The notes beneath the pieces were generated by a model. It worked only from the letters and a program-made list of their open reading frames with translations, had not been told where the DNA came from and ran no database searches. Positions 55,615 through 64,000 of a DNA stretch of 64,000 nt are shown here, in pieces. This DNA comes from Candidatus Norongarragalinales archaeon (GTDB lineage: Archaea; Micrarchaeota; Micrarchaeia; Norongarragalinales; Norongarragalinaceae). Location: assembly GCA_038884755.1 (NCBI GenBank), contig JAWABJ010000001.1, positions 576,001-640,000 of the forward strand. Reading direction: 5' to 3'. Each line of letters starts with the position of its first letter. The stretch's first letter is position 1. The position numbers were made by a program, and so were the translations under genes.

Positions 55615-56761
55615 TCCACAACACCAGGGTCGCGGCAACCGGAATCCTCCTGTCGCCTTCGATGAACGCAAAACGCGTTTGCGGAATCACGAAAGAAGCG
55701 TTGGCGTAAGGCGCGATTCCGTAATCCAGCTTCCATCCGATTATGTTGAAAACGTCCTTTCCCTGAACACCCGCAAAGTCCGCCTGAAAATCGCTTGCAA
55801 AATACACTTTCCCCAGTCTGTATTCCCAGCTTGCGACAACGGCTTCCGAAGCGTTGGTGGCGTTGGAAACGAAAATTTGCGGGGAAACGCCGTTGGGAGA
55901 GAACGCCACCCAACGTCCCGCGGAAGTGACGTTGGAGCCCACGCTGGTGTTATGCAGGAAAAACCCTTTCTCTTGCACCACGCCGTTAACCGCAGCGGCA
56001 GCCTTCCTGAAGAACATGCTGAGGTTTCCTATCAACAGTTCGCCTTCAGCATTGCCGGCAAGGTAAACCAACACGCCCCCTTCATCAAAAAATTTCTCGA
56101 GCAAAGTTTGGTTTACCAGTGCCAAAGCCATTTCCGGAGACTCGACCACGATTGAATTGTACGAACTCTGGTTTGCTAGCATGGAATTGAAAACGCCCGC
56201 CTTTTCCCCACCGTACTGGTTTCTCGACGAGCCCCAGTCCGGCTGCGCCAGTACGCCCTGCCCCCAGTAGTAATCCCACGTGACGTTCGCCTGGTTGATG
56301 GTTTCGAAAAAATCGCGCGAGTCGGAAGCGAAATAAGCGATTGGCTCTCTAGCTATGCCGCTCAACGCGGGCCGGGGGTCTGAAACGTTTTCGTAAAACG
56401 AAAGCCTGTAGTCGAAACGCTGCATTCCCGCCTTCGCCTTGAAAGCTAGGTAGTCTGAAGAAACGTCGAACAAGGCCAGGAGTTTTTTCAAGGAAATGCC
56501 TTTGTTTCCCTTCAAGCCCACGTTGGAAACGTTCGCAAGGGAAAGGCCGGCAGAATCTTCCCAATCCTCGGGGTAGCCGGGAGAAGAGACGAGGAAATCG
56601 GCAGCCAACGCCGAAGTTTCGAACGCCCTGCGCCTGTCCTCTTGCTGCGAGATGGAAGACTGCAGGCTGAGCCAGGTCGAGCCCAGCAGAGACAGTATCA
56701 AAACCAAAACCACTATGCTGAAAACGAAGTCCAGCGAAAAAATTTGTGCCTTGCGGTTCAA
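55607..56761 (-). CDS. Minor pilin-like protein
   Basis: MNRKA/QIFSLDFVFSIVVLVLIL; LVSSPGYPEDW. Confidence 0.8.
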   Translation of the reverse strand: MNRKAQIFSLDFVFSIVVLVLILSLLGSTWLSLQSSISQQEDRRRAFETSALAADFLVSSPGYPEDWEDSAGLSLANVSNVGLKGNKGISLKKLLALFDVSSDYLAFKAKAGMQRFDYRLSFYENVSDPRPALSGIAREPIAYFASDSRDFFETINQANVTWDYYWGQGVLAQPDWGSSRNQYGGEKAGVFNSMLANQSSYNSIVVESPEMALALVNQTLLEKFFDEGGVLVYLAGNAEGELLIGNLSMFFRKAAAAVNGVVQEKGFFLHNTSVGSNVTSAGRWVAFSPNGVSPQIFVSNATNASEAVVASWEYRLGKVYFASDFQADFAGVQGKDVFNIIGWKLDYGIAPYANASFVIPQTRFAFIEGDRRIPVAATLVLWNG

Positions 56762-57144
56762 TTCAAAACCACCACTCCGTTTTCAAAACGCATGAAATTC
56801 GGGCCTTGGCTTACCGCGCCCGAAACGTTGGCGAGCAAAGGTGTCGAACACCCCCCGCCGCTCCAACTCACCCCCACCCGCCGCTCGTTGTTGTCGAATT
56901 CAATCGAGTAAGGAAATTGAGTGTAGACGAAAGGCATTACGAAAGAGCGCTCGTACCCTTCGCCCAGCGAAGCCGCGGTGTTAACTTCAGTCGCAAGAAA
57001 AACGCACAAGTCCGCCCCGCCCGAAGAGGTTTTCTGGGTGTTCAGCTGTTGGGAAATGACGAAGGACAACACTACCACGAGAACAAGCACGAGAGAAAGT
57101 ATTCCGACGAGGGAAAGCAATTCCACGGAAACTTGGTTGCGCAT
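56758..57144 (-). CDS. Minor pilin
   Basis: MRN/QVSVELLSLVGILSLVLVLVVVLSF; EVNTAASLGEGY. Confidence 0.78.
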   Translation of the reverse strand: MRNQVSVELLSLVGILSLVLVLVVVLSFVISQQLNTQKTSSGGADLCVFLATEVNTAASLGEGYERSFVMPFVYTQFPYSIEFDNNERRVGVSWSGGGCSTPLLANVSGAVSQGPNFMRFENGVVVLN

Positions 57145-57153
57145 AAGCCCATC

Positions 57154-57603
57154 TCACCCGGAAATCAACACGCACGGAAACCCGTTGAAATCAACTGCCT
57201 CCACTTGAATGCGCCTCAAGCCCGGTTTTCCGACGAGGAAAGACAAGTCCCCGGAAACGTTGCCTGAAACCGGCGCGAACACTTGCGTGGTCTTCCCGTC
57301 CAACGCCGTCAAAACCAGCATTATTTCGCGGCTTGAGCAAGTCGCGTTGGAAGAAGGACTCGCCGAAAGAACTCCGTCTGGATTGTTCACTTCAACAAAC
57401 ATTTTCGCGGGCGTGCCTTGCACGAAAACCAAGTTCGCCGCGTCCGCCAGCCGCGTGACGACCTGCTTCCCAAAACCAACTTTCAAGTCCTGCTGCACGG
57501 CCGCGTTTGAAGAATTCACGTAAAGCCAGATGACGAAGAAAGCCGCCAGGCTCAATCCCACCATGGCCATGTACTCGACCGAAACTTGACCGCGCTTTTG
57601 CAT
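57154..57603 (-). CDS. Minor pilin (QxSxE class III signal)
   Basis: MQKRG/QVSVEYMAMVGLSL; LADAANLVFVQG.PAK. Confidence 0.82.
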   Translation of the reverse strand: MQKRGQVSVEYMAMVGLSLAAFFVIWLYVNSSNAAVQQDLKVGFGKQVVTRLADAANLVFVQGTPAKMFVEVNNPDGVLSASPSSNATCSSREIMLVLTALDGKTTQVFAPVSGNVSGDLSFLVGKPGLRRIQVEAVDFNGFPCVLISG

Positions 57604-57704
57604 ACTCAATTCATAAGACAAGGGAATTAAAAAACAGTTTTACCTTTTAATTTCTATAGCAAAAAACTTCAATCGGAAGCGCTGCAAAGCGCTTCCGGAG
57701 GAGA

Positions 57705-58871
57705 TTGGCGTTGGCAGTAAAACTCGAGATAATCGACGGCAAGGCGATAGCTTCGGACGCCGCATCCGTGGAATCCTTGAACAAAGGGTTTTTCGGAGAA
57801 GGCGTGGACGGAAAGAAAAACAAGCTACTGTTGAGTCCAGAGGAAGCGTTATACCTGTCGGACGTGCGCAACGCTGAAGTCATGCGCAATGAAAAGAAAA
57901 TCGATTTCAACCAGCTTGCGTTCGACCACCGCGACAAGCGCAAGTTTTTGGCTCGATATTTCTGCTATCGCGACTGGCGAGACAGGGGGCTAATCGCACG
58001 TAGCATAAGCGAAGCGCAAGACAATTACGGCCGCTCTCCGGTAGTAAAATACCCTTCGAAAGACTTTGCGCCGCACAAAATCAAGGGCAAGGGCTTGTTT
58101 TTCAACGACGACCTCATGACCACTCTCGACGAGGAAGAAGACAAGGTTTTATTCGAAAATTACTGGTTCGGGCAGTGGGGCACGTACAAGGCGAAAAAAC
58201 ACGGCAGACTCCTCAAGCTTGACGCTTACGAAACGCTGTTTTTGATGAAGCACGCTTCGCTGAAATGCAACATCCAGGAAAAACGCATGGTGCAGGAAGC
58301 ATTGGCGAGGCGCGCCGACTTTTTGTCGTTGTATAGCGTTTACGAAGACTTTCGCCTGCGCGGGTTTGTCGTGAAAACGGGATTCAAATTCGGAACTCAC
58401 TTCCGGCTGTATTTTCCCGGTGCGGCGCCTTCGTTAGAGCAGGGGGAATGGATGCACTCGAAACACGTGATTCACGTTTTTCCGCGCGAGGCGAAAATGC
58501 TCATAAGCGAGTGGAGCCGCGCTATAAGAGTAGCCCATGGAGTTAGAAAAACATTCATTCTTGCGATTCCAGGTGAAAAGCGCGTCGAGCGCGAAGAATT
58601 GGACTTCCTGCTTTACCATCGAAAAAAAGGAGGTTTGATTGAAAATCCTAAGGAAGACAAACCCAAATTTGTCATGATGGCTTTGAGCGAAGAAGAGGAA
58701 ATCGGAGGCGCAGAGCTGGCTCGCGCTATAGAACGCGCGAAAGAACTAGGCCTCGATTTGATTCTTGCGATTTGCGACCGAGAGACGAGCATAACGTATT
58801 ACAGGGTCAAGCGAATCGAGCTTCCAAAAAGCAAGTACGAATATTACGAGATAGAGTGGATTCAACCCTAA
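57705..58871 (+). CDS. endA: tRNA-intron splicing endonuclease, three-unit epsilon-type
   Basis: 388 aa. Two alpha-like units (LLSPEEALYL..YRDWRDRGL; LDAYETLFL..YEDFRLRGFVVKTGFKFGTHFRLY..HSKH..RVAHGVRK) plus a C-terminal beta unit ending EIEWIQP; GTYK loop. Confidence 0.9.
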   Translation: MALAVKLEIIDGKAIASDAASVESLNKGFFGEGVDGKKNKLLLSPEEALYLSDVRNAEVMRNEKKIDFNQLAFDHRDKRKFLARYFCYRDWRDRGLIARSISEAQDNYGRSPVVKYPSKDFAPHKIKGKGLFFNDDLMTTLDEEEDKVLFENYWFGQWGTYKAKKHGRLLKLDAYETLFLMKHASLKCNIQEKRMVQEALARRADFLSLYSVYEDFRLRGFVVKTGFKFGTHFRLYFPGAAPSLEQGEWMHSKHVIHVFPREAKMLISEWSRAIRVAHGVRKTFILAIPGEKRVEREELDFLLYHRKKGGLIENPKEDKPKFVMMALSEEEEIGGAELARAIERAKELGLDLILAICDRETSITYYRVKRIELPKSKYEYYEIEWIQP

Positions 58872-58905
58872 AAAAAACGCTCACGAACAGAGCGGATGCG
58901 GTCAT

Positions 58906-60465
58906 ATGAGCGAAAAAGAAAAACACGACATGTTTTGGGCCGACCAAATAGCACGCGAGGCTAAAGCGTATAAAGGAAAGCACGTAGTGGGCGACGCAAA
59001 AACGCCTTCCGGGCGCATACACGTCGGCTCGCTGCGCGGGCTGGTTATCCACGATTTGATTCACAAGGCCGTTCTCGACAGCGGGCAGAAGAGCGAGTAC
59101 GTCTATCGTTTCGACGATTTCGACCCCATGGACGGGTTTCCGCCCGACCTGCCTGAATCGTATCGAAAGTATATGGGTGAGCCCTTATGTAATATTCCTT
59201 CTCCGGAAAAAGGGTTCGACTCCCTCGCTCAATATTATGCGTTGGAATTCAAGGAAGTTTTTGAGAAACTAGGGTGCAACCCCAAAATCGTTTGGGCTTC
59301 AGAGGCATACCACAGCGGGAAAATGAACGAGTTCGTGCGAATAGCTTTAGAAAATGCTGAGAAAATCCGCGAGATAAACGTTCGCATCAGCGGGGCAAAA
59401 AAACAGGAAGGCTGGCTGCCCATCAACGTGGTATGCGAAAAATGCGGGAAGATAGGGACTACGCACGTCACGGATTTCGACGGAAAAACAGTGCATTACG
59501 CTTGTGTTGGGGCGAAATACGCCGACGGGTGCAAGCAAGACGCTCGCATAAGCCCGTTCGACGGGAACGCAAAACTAACGTGGAAAGTGGAGTGGGCGGC
59601 GCAATTCAAGCTTTACGAAGTTACGATTGAAGGCGCAGGGAAAGACCATTATGCTTCGGGAGGGGCGCGCGACGTTTCCAACGAAATAACCGAAAAAGTT
59701 TTCAATTATCCCGCGCCCTACAATTTCCCGTACGAGTTCTTTTTGTTCGGGGGAAGGAAAATGTCTTCCTCGAAAGGCATAGGGTTGAGCGCAAAAAGCG
59801 TAAGCGATTCCCTTCCGCCGGAATTGCTTCGCTTCGTTTTCACGAAATACAAGCCCAAAACTGCGATTGAGTTCAACCCAGAAGGAGAAACCATTCCACG
59901 ATTGTACGACGATTGGGACAAGTTTTCGCGCGTGTATTTCGGGAAAGAGGAAAGCCGCGACCCGGACGTCCCCCGCATTTTCGCTTTGAGCCAACTGCAC
60001 GGAAAACCGAAAGAGCATTTCCATCCCCAGTTTTCTTTCGTCGCGTTTTTGGTGCAAGTTCCAGGCGTTGACGTTGCGAAAGCAATCGAAAAGCACAAAG
60101 GCGCGGAATTGACGAAGGAAGAAAGCGAAGAGCTGGCGGAAAGGGTTGCTTACGCCAAACTGTGGTTGGAAAAATTCGCTGACGAGAACGCGAAAATCTC
60201 TATCGCAAAGCACGCCGACTGGAACGGCGTTTCCGACAAGGCGAGGGAAGCGCTTGCGGAATACTCGAATTACTTGAATTTGGACGAGAGCGGGCAGTCC
60301 GAGAAAGTGAAGGAAATCTGCGCTGGGCACGGGATTTCGGTGCAAGAGTTTTACAAGGCGGCTTACAGGATTTTCATCTCGCGCGACAAAGGCCCAAAGT
60401 TGATTCCGTTTTTGAACGCGCTTGACAAGGAGTTCGTGGAGCATAGGCTGAAGGGAAAGGCATGA
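58906..60465 (+). CDS. lysS: Lysine--tRNA ligase, class I
   Basis: FWAD, TPSGRIHVGSLR, DDFDPMD, CEKCGKI, KLTWKVEW, GKDH, KMSSSKG. Confidence 0.96.
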   Translation: MSEKEKHDMFWADQIAREAKAYKGKHVVGDAKTPSGRIHVGSLRGLVIHDLIHKAVLDSGQKSEYVYRFDDFDPMDGFPPDLPESYRKYMGEPLCNIPSPEKGFDSLAQYYALEFKEVFEKLGCNPKIVWASEAYHSGKMNEFVRIALENAEKIREINVRISGAKKQEGWLPINVVCEKCGKIGTTHVTDFDGKTVHYACVGAKYADGCKQDARISPFDGNAKLTWKVEWAAQFKLYEVTIEGAGKDHYASGGARDVSNEITEKVFNYPAPYNFPYEFFLFGGRKMSSSKGIGLSAKSVSDSLPPELLRFVFTKYKPKTAIEFNPEGETIPRLYDDWDKFSRVYFGKEESRDPDVPRIFALSQLHGKPKEHFHPQFSFVAFLVQVPGVDVAKAIEKHKGAELTKEESEELAERVAYAKLWLEKFADENAKISIAKHADWNGVSDKAREALAEYSNYLNLDESGQSEKVKEICAGHGISVQEFYKAAYRIFISRDKGPKLIPFLNALDKEFVEHRLKGKA

Positions 60466-60466
60466 G

Positions 60467-60718
60467 CTATTGCTTTTCCTCGACAGTAGCTACGAGGACG
60501 CAGTTTCTTTCGTCGTAGTAGTGCCCGACGACATCATGGTTTTCTCTCAAAAGCCTCAGGATTTCGCTCTTGCCGTGCGGCGTCACGGTTTGCGCTTGAA
60601 TGTGGTAAGACGCTGGCAGTTTAAACCCTTCGGGAGGCTTGAGATTGGCGTGAACCGGCGTTATGCTGAAACGGTGGTCGTCGCAGTGCTTGTACAGAAT
60701 CCGCGCGATTTCGTCCAT
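60467..60718 (-). CDS. Small hypothetical protein
   Basis: 83-aa ATG ORF filling the gap between lysS and aIF2-gamma; no recognisable motif. Confidence 0.45.
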   Translation of the reverse strand: MDEIARILYKHCDDHRFSITPVHANLKPPEGFKLPASYHIQAQTVTPHGKSEILRLLRENHDVVGHYYDERNCVLVATVEEKQ

Positions 60719-60834
60719 GGGAATGATTTGCTTCGCAGGGGGATAATAAACTTACTTTTTGAAAAGTGTTTTTAACTCCCGCAAAGCAATTATTTTGTTC
60801 TCTTTTTTAGGGTTCAAAAAGAGTGGGTTTAGCA

Positions 60835-62052
60835 ATGGCGCAAGCGGAATTAAACATTGGAACGATAGGGCACGTGGACCACGGCAAAAGCACGCTAGTC
60901 CAGGCTTTGACTGGCAAGTTTCCGGACACGCACAGCGAAGAGCTGAAGCGCGGCATCACGATCAAGCTCGGCTATTCCGAAGCCGTTTTCTACAAATGCT
61001 CCTCTTGCCCCGAGCCGCAGTGCTATTCAGTAAAGCCGAAGTGCGAAAACTGCGGCAAGGAATCGAAAGCCTTGCGCAAAGTCTCGTTTTTGGATTCGCC
61101 CGGCCACGAAACGCTCATGGCTACCGTAATCGCCGCTTCGAGCATAATGGACGGCGCGTTGTTTTTGATTGCGGCGAACGAAGAGTGCCCCCAGCCGCAA
61201 ACCATAGAGCATTTGATGATTCTCGAGGCGGCTGAAATCAAGAACGTGGTGGTAGTTCAAAACAAGGTCGACTTGGTTTCAAAGGAAAAGGCTTTGGAGA
61301 ACTACAAGCAAATCAAGGAGTTTTTGAAGGGAAGCACGTTGCAAGACGCGCCCGTAGTGCCGCTCGTGGCGAACGTCGGCGGTAATCTCGACGCATTGAT
61401 TCAAACCATCGAAGAAACCATTCCCACCCCCGAACGCGCGGGGGAAGGAAAGCAGGGTAAAATGCTCATAGCACGCAGTTTCGACGTCAACAAACCCGGA
61501 AAAGAAATCTCGAAGCTCACTGGCGGAGTGGTGGGCGGAAGCATAACCGAAGGGGTTTTGCGCGTCGGCGACGAAGTAACGATTTTGCCCGGAGCACTGC
61601 GCGTGAAAAAAGAAAAAGAAACTTACCAGCCGTTGACCACGAAAATCGTTTCCTTGTTTGCTGAAAACGAAAAGCTTGAGGAGGCGAGGCCCGGCGGGCT
61701 TATTGCGGTTGGAACGCAGTTGGACCCTGCGCTCACACACTCGGACTCTCTAGTAGGAAACGTTTTGGGAAATAAAGAAACTCTGCCCAAAGTCTATTCC
61801 GAGTTCAAGATGGAAATAACGCAAATGAAGAGAATGCTCCAGAAGTTCACCGAATCGTTCAAGCCCAGCGAGCCTCTGGTCTTGGGAGCGGGAACTGCAA
61901 CGACGGTCGGATTCGTGGCCGAGCAAAAGAAAAACGTCGTGAAAATCTCCTTGAAAAAGCCAATCTGCCTCGACAAGAGCTCGCGCATTGCGGTCATGCG
62001 CAGGGCCGAAAACCGCTGGCGGTTGTACGGAACCGCAAAACTATTGGAGTAA
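60835..62052 (+). CDS. eif2g: Translation initiation factor aIF2 gamma subunit
   Basis: NIGTIGHVDHGKST, HSEELKRGITIKLGY, zinc knuckle, DSPGHETLMA, PQPQT.EH, NKVD, RSFDVNKPG. Confidence 0.97.
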   Translation: MAQAELNIGTIGHVDHGKSTLVQALTGKFPDTHSEELKRGITIKLGYSEAVFYKCSSCPEPQCYSVKPKCENCGKESKALRKVSFLDSPGHETLMATVIAASSIMDGALFLIAANEECPQPQTIEHLMILEAAEIKNVVVVQNKVDLVSKEKALENYKQIKEFLKGSTLQDAPVVPLVANVGGNLDALIQTIEETIPTPERAGEGKQGKMLIARSFDVNKPGKEISKLTGGVVGGSITEGVLRVGDEVTILPGALRVKKEKETYQPLTTKIVSLFAENEKLEEARPGGLIAVGTQLDPALTHSDSLVGNVLGNKETLPKVYSEFKMEITQMKRMLQKFTESFKPSEPLVLGAGTATTVGFVAEQKKNVVKISLKKPICLDKSSRIAVMRRAENRWRLYGTAKLLE

Positions 62053-62064
62053 AAGGTGTGCTGG

Positions 62065-62703
62065 ATGCGCGTGGTGCTTTTGGGGCCCCCGGGAAGCGGG
62101 AAAGGAACGCTTGGCGTGATGTTCGCGCAAGCCAAGAACATTCCACACTTGAGCACAGGCGACATGCTCAGAAAGGAAGTTGCGGAAGAAACAAAATTGG
62201 GAAGAGAAATCGGGCCGATAATAAACTCGGGAACTCTCATTCCAGACCAAATGATGATTGAAGTAATAAGGCATAGGCTCGGGCGAGGCGATTGCGCGAA
62301 AGGCTTCGTGCTCGACGGTTTTCCTCGCACTACCGCGCAGGCAATCGCTTTGGACGCCATGCTTTCCGAAATGCGCATGGAACTCGACGCAGTGCTCTTG
62401 CTGACAGCCTCGAAAAAAGAAATAGTGCGCAGGCTTTCAGGGCGTAGGGTGTGCAGCCAGTGCGGCAAGATTTACACTGCGGAATATGCGAAAAACGCGT
62501 GCGAAAAGTGCGGCGGGAGGCTCGGCATTCGCGAGGACGACAAGCCCGAAGTGATAGAAAAGCGTTTGGGAATTTACGAAAGGCAGACTGCGCCTCTCGT
62601 CGACTACTACCGGGAGAAAGACCTGATTCTGGAAATAAACGGCGAGCAAAGCCCGCAAAAGGTTTTGAGCGACGTGCTCGCGGTTTTGAAAGAAAGCGAT
62701 TAA
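62065..62703 (+). CDS. adk: Adenylate kinase (bacterial-type, zinc LID)
   Basis: GPPGSGKGT, HLSTGDMLR, LDGFPRT, RRVCSQCG..CEKCG, REDD. Confidence 0.95.
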   Translation: MRVVLLGPPGSGKGTLGVMFAQAKNIPHLSTGDMLRKEVAEETKLGREIGPIINSGTLIPDQMMIEVIRHRLGRGDCAKGFVLDGFPRTTAQAIALDAMLSEMRMELDAVLLLTASKKEIVRRLSGRRVCSQCGKIYTAEYAKNACEKCGGRLGIREDDKPEVIEKRLGIYERQTAPLVDYYREKDLILEINGEQSPQKVLSDVLAVLKESD

Positions 62704-62742
62704 AACGGCGGGACAAAAGAATTATAGCATCGCGGAAACAAT

Positions 62743-62816
62743 GGGCTCGTAGCTCAGCTTGGCAGAGCGGCTGGCTTTTAACCAGCATGTCGTGGGTTCG
62801 AATCCCACCGAGCCCG
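62743..62816 (+). tRNA. tRNA-Lys(UUU), intronless
   Basis: GGGCTCG/CGAGCCC with G73; anticodon arm GCTGG-CT-TTT-AA-CCAGC; T arm GTGGG-TTCGAAT-CCCAC. Confidence 0.96.
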
Positions 62817-62821
62817 CTAAA

Positions 62822-62842
62822 AGGAGAAACTACGTTTCTCCT
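62822..62842. terminator. Hairpin just 3' of tRNA-Lys
   Basis: AGGAGAAAC-TAC-GTTTCTCCT followed by a pyrimidine tract. Confidence 0.45.
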
Positions 62843-62874
62843 CTTTACTCCGCTTCCTTTGAGGGCGTGTGAAA

Positions 62875-63222
62875 ATGAAGGTTCTCATGGACACAAACGT
62901 TCTGCTTGCGTTTCTAGACAACAAGACCGATTTCGCCGGCCTCATCAAGGAAACGTACTTGTACGCAGAGCTTTACGTGCTCAAGCAAAGCATGGACGAA
63001 ATCAAGGCAAAGCGCAAGGCGGCGTTCAGGCACATAGAAGAATACGTGAAAAACAACGGCTTTCGCGTCGTTGGCGGGAGCGGAAAGGCGGATGGCTTGA
63101 TCGAATCGTGGGCGAAGGCGAACAATGGGGTGGTTGCAACGCGCGATTTCGCCTTGAAAAAAAGGTTAAAAAGGGCGGGAATCCAAGTTATTTCGCTGAA
63201 AAACAACAAGCTAGGGCTCTAG
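62875..63222 (+). CDS. PIN domain protein (Fcf1/Utp24-like)
   Basis: VLMDTNVLL, DEI, AD..I, VATRD..LKKRL...GI; conserved position before rpo7. Confidence 0.88.
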   Translation: MKVLMDTNVLLAFLDNKTDFAGLIKETYLYAELYVLKQSMDEIKAKRKAAFRHIEEYVKNNGFRVVGGSGKADGLIESWAKANNGVVATRDFALKKRLKRAGIQVISLKNNKLGL

Positions 63223-63272
63223 CTTGCCGAGCCGATTTGTTTTTTCCTTAATGCTTTCTAGGGGTGTGTTTC

Positions 63273-63836
63273 GTGTACAAACTCGTCACTATCGAACAAA
63301 CAGTCCGCATTCCGCCAAACCTGTTCGGGTTGAAGATGAAGGACGCGGCCTTGTCCATGCTGCGCGAACAGCTGGAAAGGACGGTCGACAAGGAATTGGG
63401 CATAGTGGTGAGCGTCGACAACGCGCGCATAAAAAGCTCGGGGAAAGTCTTACAGGGAGATGGCGCCGCGTATGTTGACGTCGACTTTGACGCGCTGGTT
63501 TACGAGCCGCAAATCAACGAAGTCGTTGACGGCGAGGTGACCGAAATCGTCGAGTTCGGCGCGTTCGTGCGCATAGGGCCGGTCGACGGGCTGATTCACG
63601 TTTCGCAAATCGCGAACGACTTTTTCAGCTTCGACAAGAAAACCGGGAACCTGGTCGGAAGGGAGACCAAGAAGAACGTCAAGAAGGGGGACAAGCTGCG
63701 AGCGAAAATCGCGACGGTAAGCTTGAAGGACACGATTGCGGCGAGCAAAATCGCCTTGACCAGCAGGCCCGAAGGCCTGTCGGAAAAAAAGAAGGAAAGG
63801 GCCGGTAAAGAAAGGAAAGAAAGGAAGAGAGGATAA
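63273..63836 (+). CDS. rpo7: DNA-directed RNA polymerase subunit Rpo7 (E')
   Basis: VRIPP..FG, GDGAAY, P.INEVVDGEV....FGAFVRIGPVDGLIHVSQI (S1 domain). Confidence 0.95.
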   Translation: MYKLVTIEQTVRIPPNLFGLKMKDAALSMLREQLERTVDKELGIVVSVDNARIKSSGKVLQGDGAAYVDVDFDALVYEPQINEVVDGEVTEIVEFGAFVRIGPVDGLIHVSQIANDFFSFDKKTGNLVGRETKKNVKKGDKLRAKIATVSLKDTIAASKIALTSRPEGLSEKKKERAGKERKERKRG

Positions 63837-63839
63837 GGG

Positions 63840-64000
63840 ATGGAAAAAGCTTGCAGGAAATGCAGACGCATAGTCCAGGGCGACGTTTGCCCCGCGGACC
63901 AGTCCACCGATTTGACGAAAACGTTCGAAGGCTACATAGTGATTCTCGGGCCGGAGCAATCCGAAGTGGCCAAAGCAGTGAACGCCACCACTCCCGGAAA
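63840..64000 (+). CDS. spt4: Transcription elongation factor Spt4 (RpoE''), partial
   Basis: MEKACRKCRRIVQGDVCPADQSTDLTKTFEGYIVILGPEQSEVAKAVNATTPG; runs off the window. Confidence 0.9.
   Translation, partial: MEKACRKCRRIVQGDVCPADQSTDLTKTFEGYIVILGPEQSEVAKAVNATTPG

Overview
Archaeal chromosomal segment, most likely from a DPANN archaeon of the Micrarchaeota. This assignment is an inference from the three-unit epsilon-type tRNA splicing endonuclease with an ARMAN-like loop, the class I LysRS, the archaeal LeuRS/aIF5B/aIF2-gamma/S6e/Rpo7/Spt4 set and the DPANN-style pilins. From left to right the window holds: (1) the end of a type I restriction-modification locus (hsdS 3' end, hsdR, YgjP/M48 peptidase); (2) a secreted GH73/glucosaminidase-like (lysozyme-fold) protein, trmI and an intron-containing tRNA-Thr(UGU); (3) a ~26 kb surface-machine region with a ~1370-aa protein bearing a C-terminal sorting-like tail, six class III signal (pilin-like) genes, a 737-aa fused TadB/C platform, a 749-aa secretion ATPase, leuS, an archaeosortase-family protein, a 510-aa pilin-like protein and a 2356-aa giant surface protein; (4) housekeeping genes (ndk, dUTPase, guaB, aIF5B, S6e); (5) a sugar/redox block (GalT, GpgS-HAD fusion, FNR, two ferredoxins, SOD, geranylgeranyl reductase, rhomboid, PCD); (6) an intergenic box C/D guide RNA whose D guide predicts U rather than C at 16S position 1402; (7) a second, Tad-like type IV pilus operon with a vWA/beta-propeller adhesin; (8) endA, lysS, aIF2-gamma, adk, tRNA-Lys(UUU), a PIN protein, rpo7 and spt4. 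Two genes carry single-base indels in short homopolymers. No CRISPR array, rRNA or transposase was seen. All calls come from motif reading; no database searches were run.
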